From an uncultured virus (IMG/VR IMGVR_UViG_3300027734_000064) (taxonomy: Duplodnaviria > Heunggongvirae > Uroviricota > Caudoviricetes > Crassvirales): a DNA stretch of 64,000 nt. The stretch lies in the IMG/VR virus record IMGVR_UViG_3300027734_000064; one strand, given 5' to 3'. Shown here piece by piece: positions 55,646 to 64,000 of the stretch. Each line of letters opens with the position of its first letter. Within the stretch, counting starts at the first letter, position 1. The notes below the pieces were generated by a model. That model did no database searches and had not been told where the DNA came from. It saw nothing but the letters and a program-made list of their open reading frames with translations. Made by a program: the position numbers and the translations under genes.

Positions 55646-56989
55646 TTATGCTTTTAATAAAATTTTATAATCTGTTCCATTAATTTTAACAGTCCAAGTT
55701 CTATCTGATACGACTGTTTCTGTTGTTACCGTTCCTACGTTTAATCCTGCCGTTGAACTACCTACTACAAATTGATTGGATGCGGTAGCACTTGCACTAC
55801 GACCTAATATAACACAACTAGATTGACCTGCACTAGATGAACTATCTCCTACAATAACATTATTTAATCCATTTGGTCCTACACTTGTAGACCTACCAAT
55901 TACTACGTTTTGTGCTGCACCTGTTCCACCCGGACACGCATTGTAACCTATATAAACATTATTGCCACCTGTAGTAGTTCCAACTCCTGCTTGATACCCT
56001 ATAGCAATATTGTTATCTGCTGTAGATGCCGTTAACGCTTGATAACCGATTGCTACTAATCCTGTGCCTGTTGAGTTGGCTGCACCTGCGTCTTGACCTA
56101 TTCCTATATTTTGTGATGCATTATTCGTTATCAATGCACCACGACCTATTGCCACGCAAGAACTTCCTGTAGTTATACTATTAAGAGCATTTGCTCCAAT
56201 TGCGGTATTGTTAACACCACTAGTATTTGCTACTAACGATTGAAAACCTACTGCGGTATTATTTGCGCCTGTAGAAACTCTTAACGCTTGATAACCTAAA
56301 GCGGTAACTCCTGTTCCACTTGTATTAGTTAATAAAGCCTCATAACCAACAGCCGTATTATTTGAAGCTGTGTTATTTTGTAATGCTGTTCTACCTATTG
56401 CTACGTTATTGTTTCCTGCAATATTATTTTGCAAAGAACGACCTCCTAAAGCAATATTACCTGTTCCCGTAGTTATAGAAGTTGCGGATAAATAACCTAC
56501 AGCCGTATTGCTACCCGCAGTTGAAACTCTTAACGCTTGGTAACCTACTGCGGTAGTTTCTGATCCAGTTACGTTTAAAGCCAAAGTTTGAGATCCTATA
56601 GCAGTATTACCGTCTGCAGTAGTATTTAATCTCAAAGCATGCTTACCAAAAGCAGTATTAAAGCTTCCTGTATTTGATAATAATGCTTCATGTCCAAAAG
56701 CTGTATTACTGCCACCTATCAAGTTAGCAGTCAATGCACTTAATCCAAACGCAGCGTTATCAACACCCGTTGTATTGCTATCTAAAGCCCCTTGCCCAAA
56801 AGCAGTATTTGATGTTATCGCTCCACCACCATAATTTGTTATATCTAAAGTAGATAACAAAATAGCTGAATCGTTTCCAGCTCCATCTGTTATTCTTTTT
56901 AATGTTGTAGTAAGAGCACCTGAATCTGTTGTTTTAATTAAACCAGTATACGTGTCTTGCGGTTTTGTACCTAATAATGTAGTTCCCAT
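55646..56989 (-). CDS. Fibre protein with YadA-head-like ~14-aa repeats
   Basis: Many NTA.G..AL..NT.G repeats. Confidence 0.8.
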   Translation of the reverse strand: MGTTLLGTKPQDTYTGLIKTTDSGALTTTLKRITDGAGNDSAILLSTLDITNYGGGAITSNTAFGQGALDSNTTGVDNAAFGLSALTANLIGGSNTAFGHEALLSNTGSFNTAFGKHALRLNTTADGNTAIGSQTLALNVTGSETTAVGYQALRVSTAGSNTAVGYLSATSITTGTGNIALGGRSLQNNIAGNNNVAIGRTALQNNTASNNTAVGYEALLTNTSGTGVTALGYQALRVSTGANNTAVGFQSLVANTSGVNNTAIGANALNSITTGSSCVAIGRGALITNNASQNIGIGQDAGAANSTGTGLVAIGYQALTASTADNNIAIGYQAGVGTTTGGNNVYIGYNACPGGTGAAQNVVIGRSTSVGPNGLNNVIVGDSSSSAGQSSCVILGRSASATASNQFVVGSSTAGLNVGTVTTETVVSDRTWTVKINGTDYKILLKA

Positions 56990-57000
56990 TTTTTATTTTT

Positions 57001-57138
57001 TTATAAACAATTGTTCCAATTTGTATTTATATTGTTCCAATTTTGTGCATTGTACAAGTTCCAGTTAGTCGTAGCAAAACAAACTCCAATAGATCCATTA
57101 AATGATGTTGCTATCTCAATGACGATACCAATAATCAT
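57001..57138 (-). CDS. Small protein with NW repeats (45 aa, not in track)
   Basis: MIIGIVIEIA...NWNLYNAQNWNNINTNWNNCL. Confidence 0.5.
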   Translation of the reverse strand: MIIGIVIEIATSFNGSIGVCFATTNWNLYNAQNWNNINTNWNNCL

Positions 57139-57139
57139 A

Positions 57140-57394
57140 TTACCAGATCGCTACAATATTTGATGCCGCTGTTCCGGTTGCAAACACTTGAAGTACTTGT
57201 ACCGGCATATATCCAACTGGATGATTAGCAAACAAAACATTATCACCACCAACTGTTTGAACAGTAATATTACCTGCGGTTCCAATGTATAGAACGCATC
57301 CATTACTGATGCCATTCATTACTGAGGGAATTAATGCTGAATCTGATGGGGTCACAGCTGCTGCTCTGTACCCCTGAAGTTTTTGATATGCCAT
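57140..57394 (-). CDS. Head spike-base-like protein (RcGTA Rcc01079-like)
   Basis: AAAVTPSD, LYIGTAGNI.V, PVQV.QV.ATGT.A..IVA.W. Confidence 0.7.
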   Translation of the reverse strand: MAYQKLQGYRAAAVTPSDSALIPSVMNGISNGCVLYIGTAGNITVQTVGGDNVLFANHPVGYMPVQVLQVFATGTAASNIVAIW

Positions 57395-57423
57395 AATTTT
57401 CTACAAATATAGTTATTTTTGGT

Positions 57424-57708
57424 TTAGCACTTCCATCTTTTTCTGGCCTGCCTTAATCTTGAATTAGGATCAGCAGCTGCCTTCGGGAAGTCTTTCATTT
57501 GCCCAGCACTACGCGCACAGAATGACTTACGTCTTTTTGCGTCAGCACTGCCAGGCTTTACTTCACCCGTCACGGCGGTCTGAAGTTTTGAAGATGGGTT
57601 GGCTTTACGGTATGCCGCAACGCCTTTCGCTGTCATGCCGGCACCTTTACTTGTCGGCAAGTAGTTTGCACCTTTGCCCTTTGTTGTTTTAGGTATAGAC
57701 TTTGCCAT
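57424..57708 (-). CDS. Basic DUF6321-like protein
   Basis: G.T.KG...Y...NP.S.L, RRKSFCAR..G, NSR...ARKRWKC. Confidence 0.75.
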   Translation of the reverse strand: MAKSIPKTTKGKGANYLPTSKGAGMTAKGVAAYRKANPSSKLQTAVTGEVKPGSADAKRRKSFCARSAGQMKDFPKAAADPNSRLRQARKRWKC

Positions 57709-57709
57709 A

Positions 57710-57835
57710 TTATTTTCCTTGCCCTCTATATTTCTTATCAGGCTTATTGTTTTTGCTATGAACGCCAGGTCTACTAGCCTTCGATTTCAGAGTGAACTTC
57801 TTGCTCGACTCCGTCTGCTTCTTTGGTTTCGCCAT
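57710..57835 (-). CDS. Small basic protein (41 aa, KKYRGQG type; not in track)
   Basis: MAKPKKQ...RPGVHSK...KKYRGQGK. Confidence 0.7.
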   Translation of the reverse strand: MAKPKKQTESSKKFTLKSKASRPGVHSKNNKPDKKYRGQGK

Positions 57836-57965
57836 AAGGGAATAATTCGTTTAGTTTTTGTTGTCTTGCCTCACATCCGCAATCTTCGCCCACAATAGCC
57901 TTTACAACAGCCTTTACGCCTGTCGCTTCCATTATTGCTGCAATTGTATCGCCTAATCCGTGCAT
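57774..57965 (-). CDS. Small protein (GLGDTIA...DCGC..R...LN..FPY)
   Basis: Recognisable motif; -7 box at 57972. Confidence 0.7.
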   Translation of the reverse strand: MHGLGDTIAAIMEATGVKAVVKAIVGEDCGCEARQQKLNELFPYGETKEADGVEQEVHSEIEG

Positions 57966-57971
57966 TTTATG

Positions 57972-57989
57972 CAAATATAAGTATCTTTG
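57972..57989. promoter_or_regulatory. Back-to-back divergent -7 boxes
   Basis: CAAATATA (minus strand) at 57972-57979 and TATCTTTG (plus strand) at 57982-57989. Confidence 0.7.
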
Positions 57990-57994
57990 TTGAT

Positions 57995-58507
57995 ATGAAA
58001 AAAACTGGAATCAAACGATGTGAAGAAAGAATTGAAAAACAAAAGATACGCGAAGCAAAGAACCATATCCCTGCCCCAATCGAACCTATTAAGTATAATT
58101 ACCTAAAATATTGGAGGCTTGTAAAGTACTGGGCACAAGTTGAAATGAGGCTAATGGAGACTGACGTATATATGCTCTTGTACATTTACGCAGAGCGCCC
58201 CTTCACCATGACATACTTCAAGACATATGACTCAACCTTCACGCATCAGCACTCAAGGTTTGACCGCTTCCTACGCGAAGGCTATATCGTTAAGTTCAGG
58301 CAAAACTATAAGACTTACGGGACCCTCTACACCATATCATTTAAAGGCAAGAAGATCTGCGATGACATCTATAAAATCTTAGAAGGCAAGAAGCACGTCC
58401 AAGTTGGTGGTAAGCAATACTATGTCAAGAAGGTCACGAATATCGCCCTTCGCAGAATGAAGAAAGACACTACGCCTGTAGAAGAACGACGACGTCCGCT
58501 TCTTTAA
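57995..58507 (+). CDS. Winged-helix (MarR-like) regulator
   Basis: F.RFLREGYI..FR...LYTIS.KGK; the only + strand gene in the late arm. Confidence 0.6.
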   Translation: MKKTGIKRCEERIEKQKIREAKNHIPAPIEPIKYNYLKYWRLVKYWAQVEMRLMETDVYMLLYIYAERPFTMTYFKTYDSTFTHQHSRFDRFLREGYIVKFRQNYKTYGTLYTISFKGKKICDDIYKILEGKKHVQVGGKQYYVKKVTNIALRRMKKDTTPVEERRRPLL

Positions 58508-58733
58508 TCACACCATACACAACACCCTCAATGCGCACTTGATGCCCATTGCGCTTGTCAAAGTATATCATGTCACCCTCTTTCACTGCCACCACCTCGT
58601 TGCCAACACTCACAACAGTGCCTTTGCCGTAGCGCATCTCGTCATTCTCGACATTTGTCAATAACAAACCAGAGGAGGTCTTAGCCTCCTCGATGATTTG
58701 ATTGATGATTATGTATTTATTTACAGCTCTCAT
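58470..58733 (-). CDS. groES: Co-chaperonin GroES
   Basis: KTSSGLLL, G.VVSVG..V..VKEGD.I.F, I.E.DV. Confidence 0.9.
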   Translation of the reverse strand: MRAVNKYIIINQIIEEAKTSSGLLLTNVENDEMRYGKGTVVSVGNEVVAVKEGDMIYFDKRNGHQVRIEGVVYGVIKEADVVVLLQA

Positions 58734-60268
58734 TTAGCTCTCATGTTATAGATGATACAATTGGTCCCTAAGATTGTCGTAGATACACTCACAGCGTTCT
58801 CTAAGGCATTCTTTGTAACTTTTGAGGGGTCTATGACACCCATCTCCTTTAAATCGCCTGTAGAGGCTGTTTTGACGTTGTATCCAAGGCCTGTTTGCGC
58901 GAAATGTTCCCTGATTATATCAGCATTGTCAGCGTTGATGCCTGCATTCTCTAAAATTAAGTAGAATGGAGCCACAATTGACGCTGCCATGATCTTTCTG
59001 GCAACACTATGCTTGTCCTTGGACCACATTTTCTCGACAATTGACAGCAATGCGTACCCACCACCCGGCAGTATCCCCTCTTCAAGGGCTGCCTTGGTCG
59101 CGCACACCGCGTCATCGACTCTGTCTTTCTTCTCTTTTTGCTCAATATCACTGCTCGCACCCACATAAATGACAGCAACACCGCCTGCAAGGTTCGCAAT
59201 GCGCTCTTCTTTGAAGCTTGCGTCGTCTGTTGTCATCCCTTTGATCTCTTCGATGCGTGCCTTCGCGCTTGCGCTGTCCTTTAGGATCACAACACTGGCA
59301 TCTTTGCCAACCACGACCTTATTTGCTTGACCAAGGTCATTAATTGTCATCAATGAGAAGTCATCTCCCGTGTCATCAGTGATATATTTGCCACCTGTGG
59401 CAATTGCCAGGTCAGACATCAGCTCCTGCTTCTTATATCCAAATTGTGGAGGCAAGATCACTGCAACCTTTAATACTCCCTTCATCTTGTTAAGATTCAA
59501 TGAGTTAAGTGCATTCTCTCCCATCTCAGAGATGATGAGTATGCTGCGGTTCTGTCTGTGCACCTCTGCCAAGATGTGCTCAATGCTTTGTAGTGATGAG
59601 ATTTCTTGATCCGAGATAAGTATGTACGGGTTCTCCAGCACAGCTTCTTGTCTCTTCTCGTCTGTCACCATGTACTTACTTGAGTAGCCACGCTTGATTC
59701 GCATCCCGTTCACCACCTCAGAATATGTCATGCTTGTCGATGAGTTCTCAACAGTCACAGCGCCATCCTTGCCCACTTTAATGTACGCGTCAGCCACAAT
59801 CTCTCCGATCTCTTTATCGTTGTTTGCAGATATTGTTGCCACGTCAAGCAAACTGTCGTTTGTTACCGGCACAGCCATGTCGCTCAGGTCATCGATAATC
59901 TCTTTTGATACTACCACAATGTCTCTTAGCACAGATGGATCACTGCCAAGACCCTCAGCTGTATACGCGTCGATGATGGCCTCTGCGAGCACTAGGGCCG
60001 TTGAAGTTCCGTCTCCCGATATTGTTGCCGTCTTCTCGCTGGCCTCTTTCATCATTGTAACCGCAAGGTTCTCGATTGGGTCGTCAAGCACAATTGACTT
60101 GGCAACGGTGACACCGTCCTTCGTTACAACAATACCACGTGTGTGATTCTCTGACTCAATAAGGACAGTCTGTCCCATTGGTCCTAATGTAGACTTGACC
60201 GCCTTCGCTATTTTGCGAACGCCACTCATCAGTCTATCTTGGTTAAATTCAATTTCTTTTACAATCAT
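58730..60268 (-). CDS. groEL: Chaperonin GroEL
   Basis: TLGP.G, TKDGVTVAK, GDGTST, ISANND, DRVDDAV.AT.AA.EEGI.PGGG, GVIDP.KV. Confidence 0.95.
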   Translation of the reverse strand: MIVKEIEFNQDRLMSGVRKIAKAVKSTLGPMGQTVLIESENHTRGIVVTKDGVTVAKSIVLDDPIENLAVTMMKEASEKTATISGDGTSTALVLAEAIIDAYTAEGLGSDPSVLRDIVVVSKEIIDDLSDMAVPVTNDSLLDVATISANNDKEIGEIVADAYIKVGKDGAVTVENSSTSMTYSEVVNGMRIKRGYSSKYMVTDEKRQEAVLENPYILISDQEISSLQSIEHILAEVHRQNRSILIISEMGENALNSLNLNKMKGVLKVAVILPPQFGYKKQELMSDLAIATGGKYITDDTGDDFSLMTINDLGQANKVVVGKDASVVILKDSASAKARIEEIKGMTTDDASFKEERIANLAGGVAVIYVGASSDIEQKEKKDRVDDAVCATKAALEEGILPGGGYALLSIVEKMWSKDKHSVARKIMAASIVAPFYLILENAGINADNADIIREHFAQTGLGYNVKTASTGDLKEMGVIDPSKVTKNALENAVSVSTTILGTNCIIYNMRAK

Positions 60269-60336
60269 TTTGTCGCAAATTTAGACAAAAAATGCGACAT
60301 ATAGCCGCATCTTTATAAGTTTGTTTGTTTTAAGTG

Positions 60337-60678
60337 TTAAGACTTCTTTTTTGCAATACTTTTAGCAGGTACTTTATATTTATCAAAGTTTCCAGCCTGA
60401 AACAAGTTTTTTTCTAATTGTTTACCAACTATATCTAAATCTTGACCTCTTATTTTTTTTGATTCAGAAATCATTTTGTCAGTAGTCATTGGATTCTTCA
60501 TGCTTTTTGGATAACTAGCGTAGCCTCCTTCTTTTTTGTATTTTTCATAAACGCTGTTTAGTTTTTCACGAGTGGGTCTTCTTTCTATTTCATTAGCTCT
60601 GCTTAATGATAAACTGTTTACTGGTTCCGGAGTCATGCTCAACGGATAGTCTCTGTGTTTAGGTTTTGGTCCTGCCAT
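60337..60678 (-). CDS. Basic hypothetical protein
   Basis: Own -7 box. Confidence 0.6.
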   Translation of the reverse strand: MAGPKPKHRDYPLSMTPEPVNSLSLSRANEIERRPTREKLNSVYEKYKKEGGYASYPKSMKNPMTTDKMISESKKIRGQDLDIVGKQLEKNLFQAGNFDKYKVPAKSIAKKKS

Positions 60679-60694
60679 AATGGTACAAATATAA

Positions 60695-60820
60695 TTATTT
60701 TATTTTTGGTTTGACTTTTGGTGCTTTGACAATTAGCTTCTTGATTAATTGCTTATTGGACTTGCCGTCCTTCTCAAGCATCTTGCCGTATACCTTGCCT
60801 AAGCCTTTGTCTTTTCTCAT
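60695..60820 (-). CDS. Small basic protein (41 aa, not in track)
   Basis: MRKDKGLGKVYGKMLEKDGKSNKQLIKK...; ATGA overlap. Confidence 0.55.
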   Translation of the reverse strand: MRKDKGLGKVYGKMLEKDGKSNKQLIKKLIVKAPKVKPKIK

Positions 60821-61677
60821 GATAAACTCTTTAGCATCTCAATTAGTCTCGGACATGGATATAACTCTACATTATCTTTATATTTTTCAAAATACAAATC
60901 TATCAGTTGTCTGTCATAGATGTTCTCTTTTGCATAAGAAACTAAAAATCTATTATTTGTATTATTGTTATCTAGACATTTACTTAAAGTATGATGTGAA
61001 ACTTTTAAAATATAAATTGCATGAGCAAAACTCATGTATTGTACTCCATTTACAATTATTTCTTTTCTGTTAACTTTACAAACTTTCGAAATAAATACTT
61101 GATAATAAGAATGCTTCTTTCCTAAAAATTTGTTTGAAATTTTATTTCTAGCTTCCGTAGAATGAGTTTTTCCATACATAACATTTGTTATTCTTCTTTG
61201 AGTTACACGTTCTTCTTTTGTGTATTTTTTTACTTTTAAAGAAGGATCAACAAAATTATAATCTGGCTCAAACATTGATTTTAATCTATACCTTATTGTT
61301 TTATCGTGAAGTCCTATAGCTCTACTTGCAGTAGATATAGAAGAATATTCCACGCCATTTATAACAACAACTTTACCCTTATTAAATGCCGGATTATCGG
61401 ATCCAAATAATATATCACCACCTGGTGTTATGTTTGCAAGGCATCCTGTATCGTCTGTTATTTTTCCGTACAATTTTATAAATTCAATTTCTTTTTCACA
61501 AGCTTCAGATCTTGATAATTCATTGAAAATTATTTGTACTTTGTAGTCTGTCTTAGCAACGATTTTGTTCCATATATCATTTCTACCTGTCCTAGCATTA
61601 GCTCTACGTAAATTTGTACCAATTCCTATATAAAATGGTTCATTTTTATCAAGTCTAATATGTCTGTATAATATCAT
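60817..61677 (-). CDS. GIY-YIG-like homing endonuclease with NUMOD1/NUMOD3-type repeats
   Basis: LYRH...FYIGIG...R...E...I...N.T.GG; INGVEYSSI..ASR; MYGKTHS.EAR.KIS; ATG 61677. Confidence 0.8.
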   Translation of the reverse strand: MILYRHIRLDKNEPFYIGIGTNLRRANARTGRNDIWNKIVAKTDYKVQIIFNELSRSEACEKEIEFIKLYGKITDDTGCLANITPGGDILFGSDNPAFNKGKVVVINGVEYSSISTASRAIGLHDKTIRYRLKSMFEPDYNFVDPSLKVKKYTKEERVTQRRITNVMYGKTHSTEARNKISNKFLGKKHSYYQVFISKVCKVNRKEIIVNGVQYMSFAHAIYILKVSHHTLSKCLDNNNTNNRFLVSYAKENIYDRQLIDLYFEKYKDNVELYPCPRLIEMLKSLS

Positions 61678-62309
61678 TTTTCTGTTAAACTTTTTAGCAT
61701 TGCGATTAGTCTCGGGCATGGGTATGTGTCTGACTTTTCGTTGCGAACGCTCACGTGGGTGTACACTCCCGGCTTGCCCTCTAAGGCATCCTTGCACACT
61801 GCCCACATATTCTCATTGTATGCCAGTGGGATATTATACTTGTCGTTCCAAAGCAAGAGTAAGTGCTTTACAGCCTCGATCTGCTTGTCAGTGTACTTGT
61901 GGTAATACTTGTACCCTTTAAACTCAGTAGGTAGCTCCTCAACCTCGCTCTGTGGCACCTCACCGTTCACGTAGTTGTAGAACTTGTCGCCCTTCTTGGT
62001 TAGGCCGCCCCATGCACATAGCTCAATGCCAATGCTCGTACGGTCAAGATTTCGGTACGGCAGCTTGTTGTTCGCGAAGGCCTGGTTCGTTAGACCCAAA
62101 TGGTATGCCCACTTAGAACTTGGGAACCCCTGCACGATCTGGCCATCTTGCCCGATCACAATGCACGTCGCTACCGGTGTCGCATCTGATTGCCAGTACT
62201 TGAACACATTCTCAGCGTTCGGACCGCCAGCAGTATGATGCAAGTATATCTGCGTCTTTGGCGTTACCTCATTCTTGTAGTTCGTAAACTCAACTTGTTT
62301 GATTACCAT
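61674..62309 (-). CDS. N-acetylmuramoyl-L-alanine amidase (Amidase_2) endolysin
   Basis: LHHTAG, WAYHLG, SIGIEL, YT..QI, TH..VR..K.D..P. Confidence 0.9.
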   Translation of the reverse strand: MVIKQVEFTNYKNEVTPKTQIYLHHTAGGPNAENVFKYWQSDATPVATCIVIGQDGQIVQGFPSSKWAYHLGLTNQAFANNKLPYRNLDRTSIGIELCAWGGLTKKGDKFYNYVNGEVPQSEVEELPTEFKGYKYYHKYTDKQIEAVKHLLLLWNDKYNIPLAYNENMWAVCKDALEGKPGVYTHVSVRNEKSDTYPCPRLIAMLKSLTEK

Positions 62310-62310
62310 G

Positions 62311-62832
62311 TTACAAAGTTACCCAAAAATATTCAAAGTCAATTAGCGGCCTCTCCATCGCTCTGCGGTATAAGTACACATCCTTATCAAGCCCGAGAGC
62401 CTTGCACGCATTGGTGATGGTGTCGTATAGGTCTTGCGTGGCGATGTGACGTACCATGCGTACACGTTCTTTTCTTTTGCGTGGCTTCTTGAGGGCCTCG
62501 CGTTGGCTATCGCTCATTGTGCGCTTACCGCTTTGCCAGTCCTCTTGCATCATCTCTGAGGCGGTGAGCCATCTTAAGTTGCTGGCATTGTTGTTCTGCT
62601 TGTTCCCGTCAATATGCCTGACAAGCTTTTTGCCCTCAGGGTTTGGGACAAACGCATCAGCAACTAACTGATGTACCATGAACACCCTTGGTTTTCTGGC
62701 AACAGATAGCGTGATGTTTCTGTAGCCGCCCGGAGTTGACTGATCCTTTAAAATCTTCTTACTTCCTCCAATTAAGCTCGTGATGATTCCGGCATCACTC
62801 ACCATGTAACGATCAAATATAATTTTATTCAT
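62311..62832 (-). CDS. HNH endonuclease (NUMOD4/HNH_3-like)
   Basis: Y.VS..G, GY....L, VH.LVA.AF.PNP, V.HIDGNK.NN.A.NL.W. Confidence 0.85.
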   Translation of the reverse strand: MNKIIFDRYMVSDAGIITSLIGGSKKILKDQSTPGGYRNITLSVARKPRVFMVHQLVADAFVPNPEGKKLVRHIDGNKQNNNASNLRWLTASEMMQEDWQSGKRTMSDSQREALKKPRKRKERVRMVRHIATQDLYDTITNACKALGLDKDVYLYRRAMERPLIDFEYFWVTL

Positions 62833-62861
62833 AATGCAAAGATAAGTACAATATACCATTT

Positions 62862-63169
62862 TTGTGTCGGTTTTTATTTTTTGGGGTCCGGCTTTTAATA
62901 TTTATAACATTCTTTTAATATTCTTTTTTAATTTTTTTTTAAAATATAAAATAAATGTTGACACCTATATATAATTAAGTTATTGATTATCAATGAAAGT
63001 AGTATGTGCATTGTTTACAAATATCGACACAAAGTCGACACGGAATCGACACAAGGTGTTCAAAATCGACACAAAGTGGGCTGTATTGTGTCGGTTTTGG
63101 GGTGAGGTGTGGTCATGCAGATAAAAAGAATTCATTAAAATGAACTCTTTTGTGTCGGTTTTTGTGTCG
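62862..63169. repeat. CGACACAA iteron-like cluster around an AT-rich tract
   Basis: Direct copies at 63025, 63036 (CGACACGG), 63047, 63067; inverted at 62862, 63086, 63150, 63162. Confidence 0.8.
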
Positions 63170-63198
63170 GGAATGTCAGGGCAATGTCAAAAATATGT

Positions 63199-63679
63199 CG
63201 CAAATTTTGAGGTGATGGGTATCCCCCCCCAAACTGGAGCAGCCCCCGCGAAAAGAAAACGGATCCTATCCGCATGGGGGGGGTTCCGTTTCCAAAAAAT
63301 CCTATCCGATTTTTTGCCTTTTTCCGTGGCGCTCGAGCGCGTCCCCGTTCCCGTCCTTGGCGCTACGATTTGCGCCCGTTCCGTTTCCCGTTGGTTTGTC
63401 CCGTTCCATTGGGACGGGGTTATATTTTCGGCGGTCGATTTGTTGGGCGTATTATTTGCCTGTAGTTTCCCTGTACAATTTTAAGGCGCTGCGCTTTGTT
63501 CCCGTGGGATAAACCCGTCCCATTCAAAAAAATATTTCAACCCGTTTAAAAAAACTTTTTCCCCTAACTAATTGACTATCAATAAAACATTGTCATAGTA
63601 TTGTCACAAAATCAATTTATTCAATATTTTTTTCATATAGGTATTGCTTATTCACAAATTATACATATCTTTGTATTGT
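63199..63679 (+). repeat. Right, diverged copy of 1-519
   Basis: See left copy; includes TATCTTTG at 63666. Confidence 0.9.
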
Positions 63680-63703
63680 TAAGAAACAATAAAGATAAAC
63701 ACT

Positions 63704-64000
63704 ATGAAAGCCTACAAAGTAAGCGTGGACGCATTGCGCCTGGACGAGAGAAGTACGTACAATTCACAAACGTGGAACAAAAACATTGATAGAATGTTAA
63801 TGTACAACGACGTGATTTTTTACAAAGTTGACAAGGGCGACGGGTACGAATATGACAGACATTTTTGCGAATATACATTAAACGACGGATTGAGATTATT
63901 TGCCTCATTCGACTATAGTTCTAGTATGACAAACGGCGGATTTTATCGTTTGGACATTGAAGGTATTACCAACGACGGGCGCACAATAAAAGATTTGTAC
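63704..64000 (+). CDS. Partial hypothetical early protein (runs off the window)
   Basis: MKAYKVSVDALRLDERSTYN..., open to the end; unrelated to ORF 546. Confidence 0.65.
   Translation, partial: MKAYKVSVDALRLDERSTYNSQTWNKNIDRMLMYNDVIFYKVDKGDGYEYDRHFCEYTLNDGLRLFASFDYSSSMTNGGFYRLDIEGITNDGRTIKDLY

Noticed and set aside
24435..60146. Numerous + strand ORFs antisense to structural genes (e.g. 28739-29416, 59694-60146)
   Set aside because: Shadow frames of long minus-strand genes with no motifs or promoters; only 57995-58507 was retained
61678..61806. N-terminal 43 aa of the tracked 329-aa ORF
   Set aside because: It overlaps the amidase; the ATGA-coupled ATG at 61677 begins the nuclease domain
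1..64000. Prophage or alternative genetic code
   Set aside because: No integrase or host genes; long genes are intact under the standard code and all three stop codons are used

Overview
The window looks like an essentially complete (~63.2 kb) lytic podovirus-type phage genome infecting Bacteroidota (Flavobacteria-like). The host call rests on about 20 TAnnTTTG -7 promoter boxes and Bacteroidota-phage-style genes. The + arm (0.5-24 kb) carries small early genes, Sak3-like/exonuclease/SSB recombination genes, a primase-helicase, an SF2 helicase, VRR-NUC, MazG, a class II RNR, a structured-RNA/tRNA-like cluster and a phosphoesterase. The - arm (24-63 kb) carries ejection proteins, tail, capsid, portal, terminase, lysis genes, GroEL plus two GroES-like genes and homing endonucleases. 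No DNA polymerase, RNA polymerase or integrase was recognised. Positions 1-519 recur, diverged, at 63199-63679. Best candidates for new biology: (1) a glycosyltransferase resembling plant peptidyl-Ser/Hyp O-glycosyltransferases (GT96/GT95) coupled to a tail protein with mucin-like poly-Thr linkers, both apparently inserted into a split tail-nozzle gene; (2) a basic MPFKSKAQ-type gene nested out of frame in the 2219-aa ejection protein; (3) anticodon-less tRNA mimics; (4) two endonuclease insertions that duplicate and replace the 3' end of their targets; (5) a 15-nt gene-junction repeat delimiting variable cassettes. All family assignments come from motif recognition by eye; no database searches were run.
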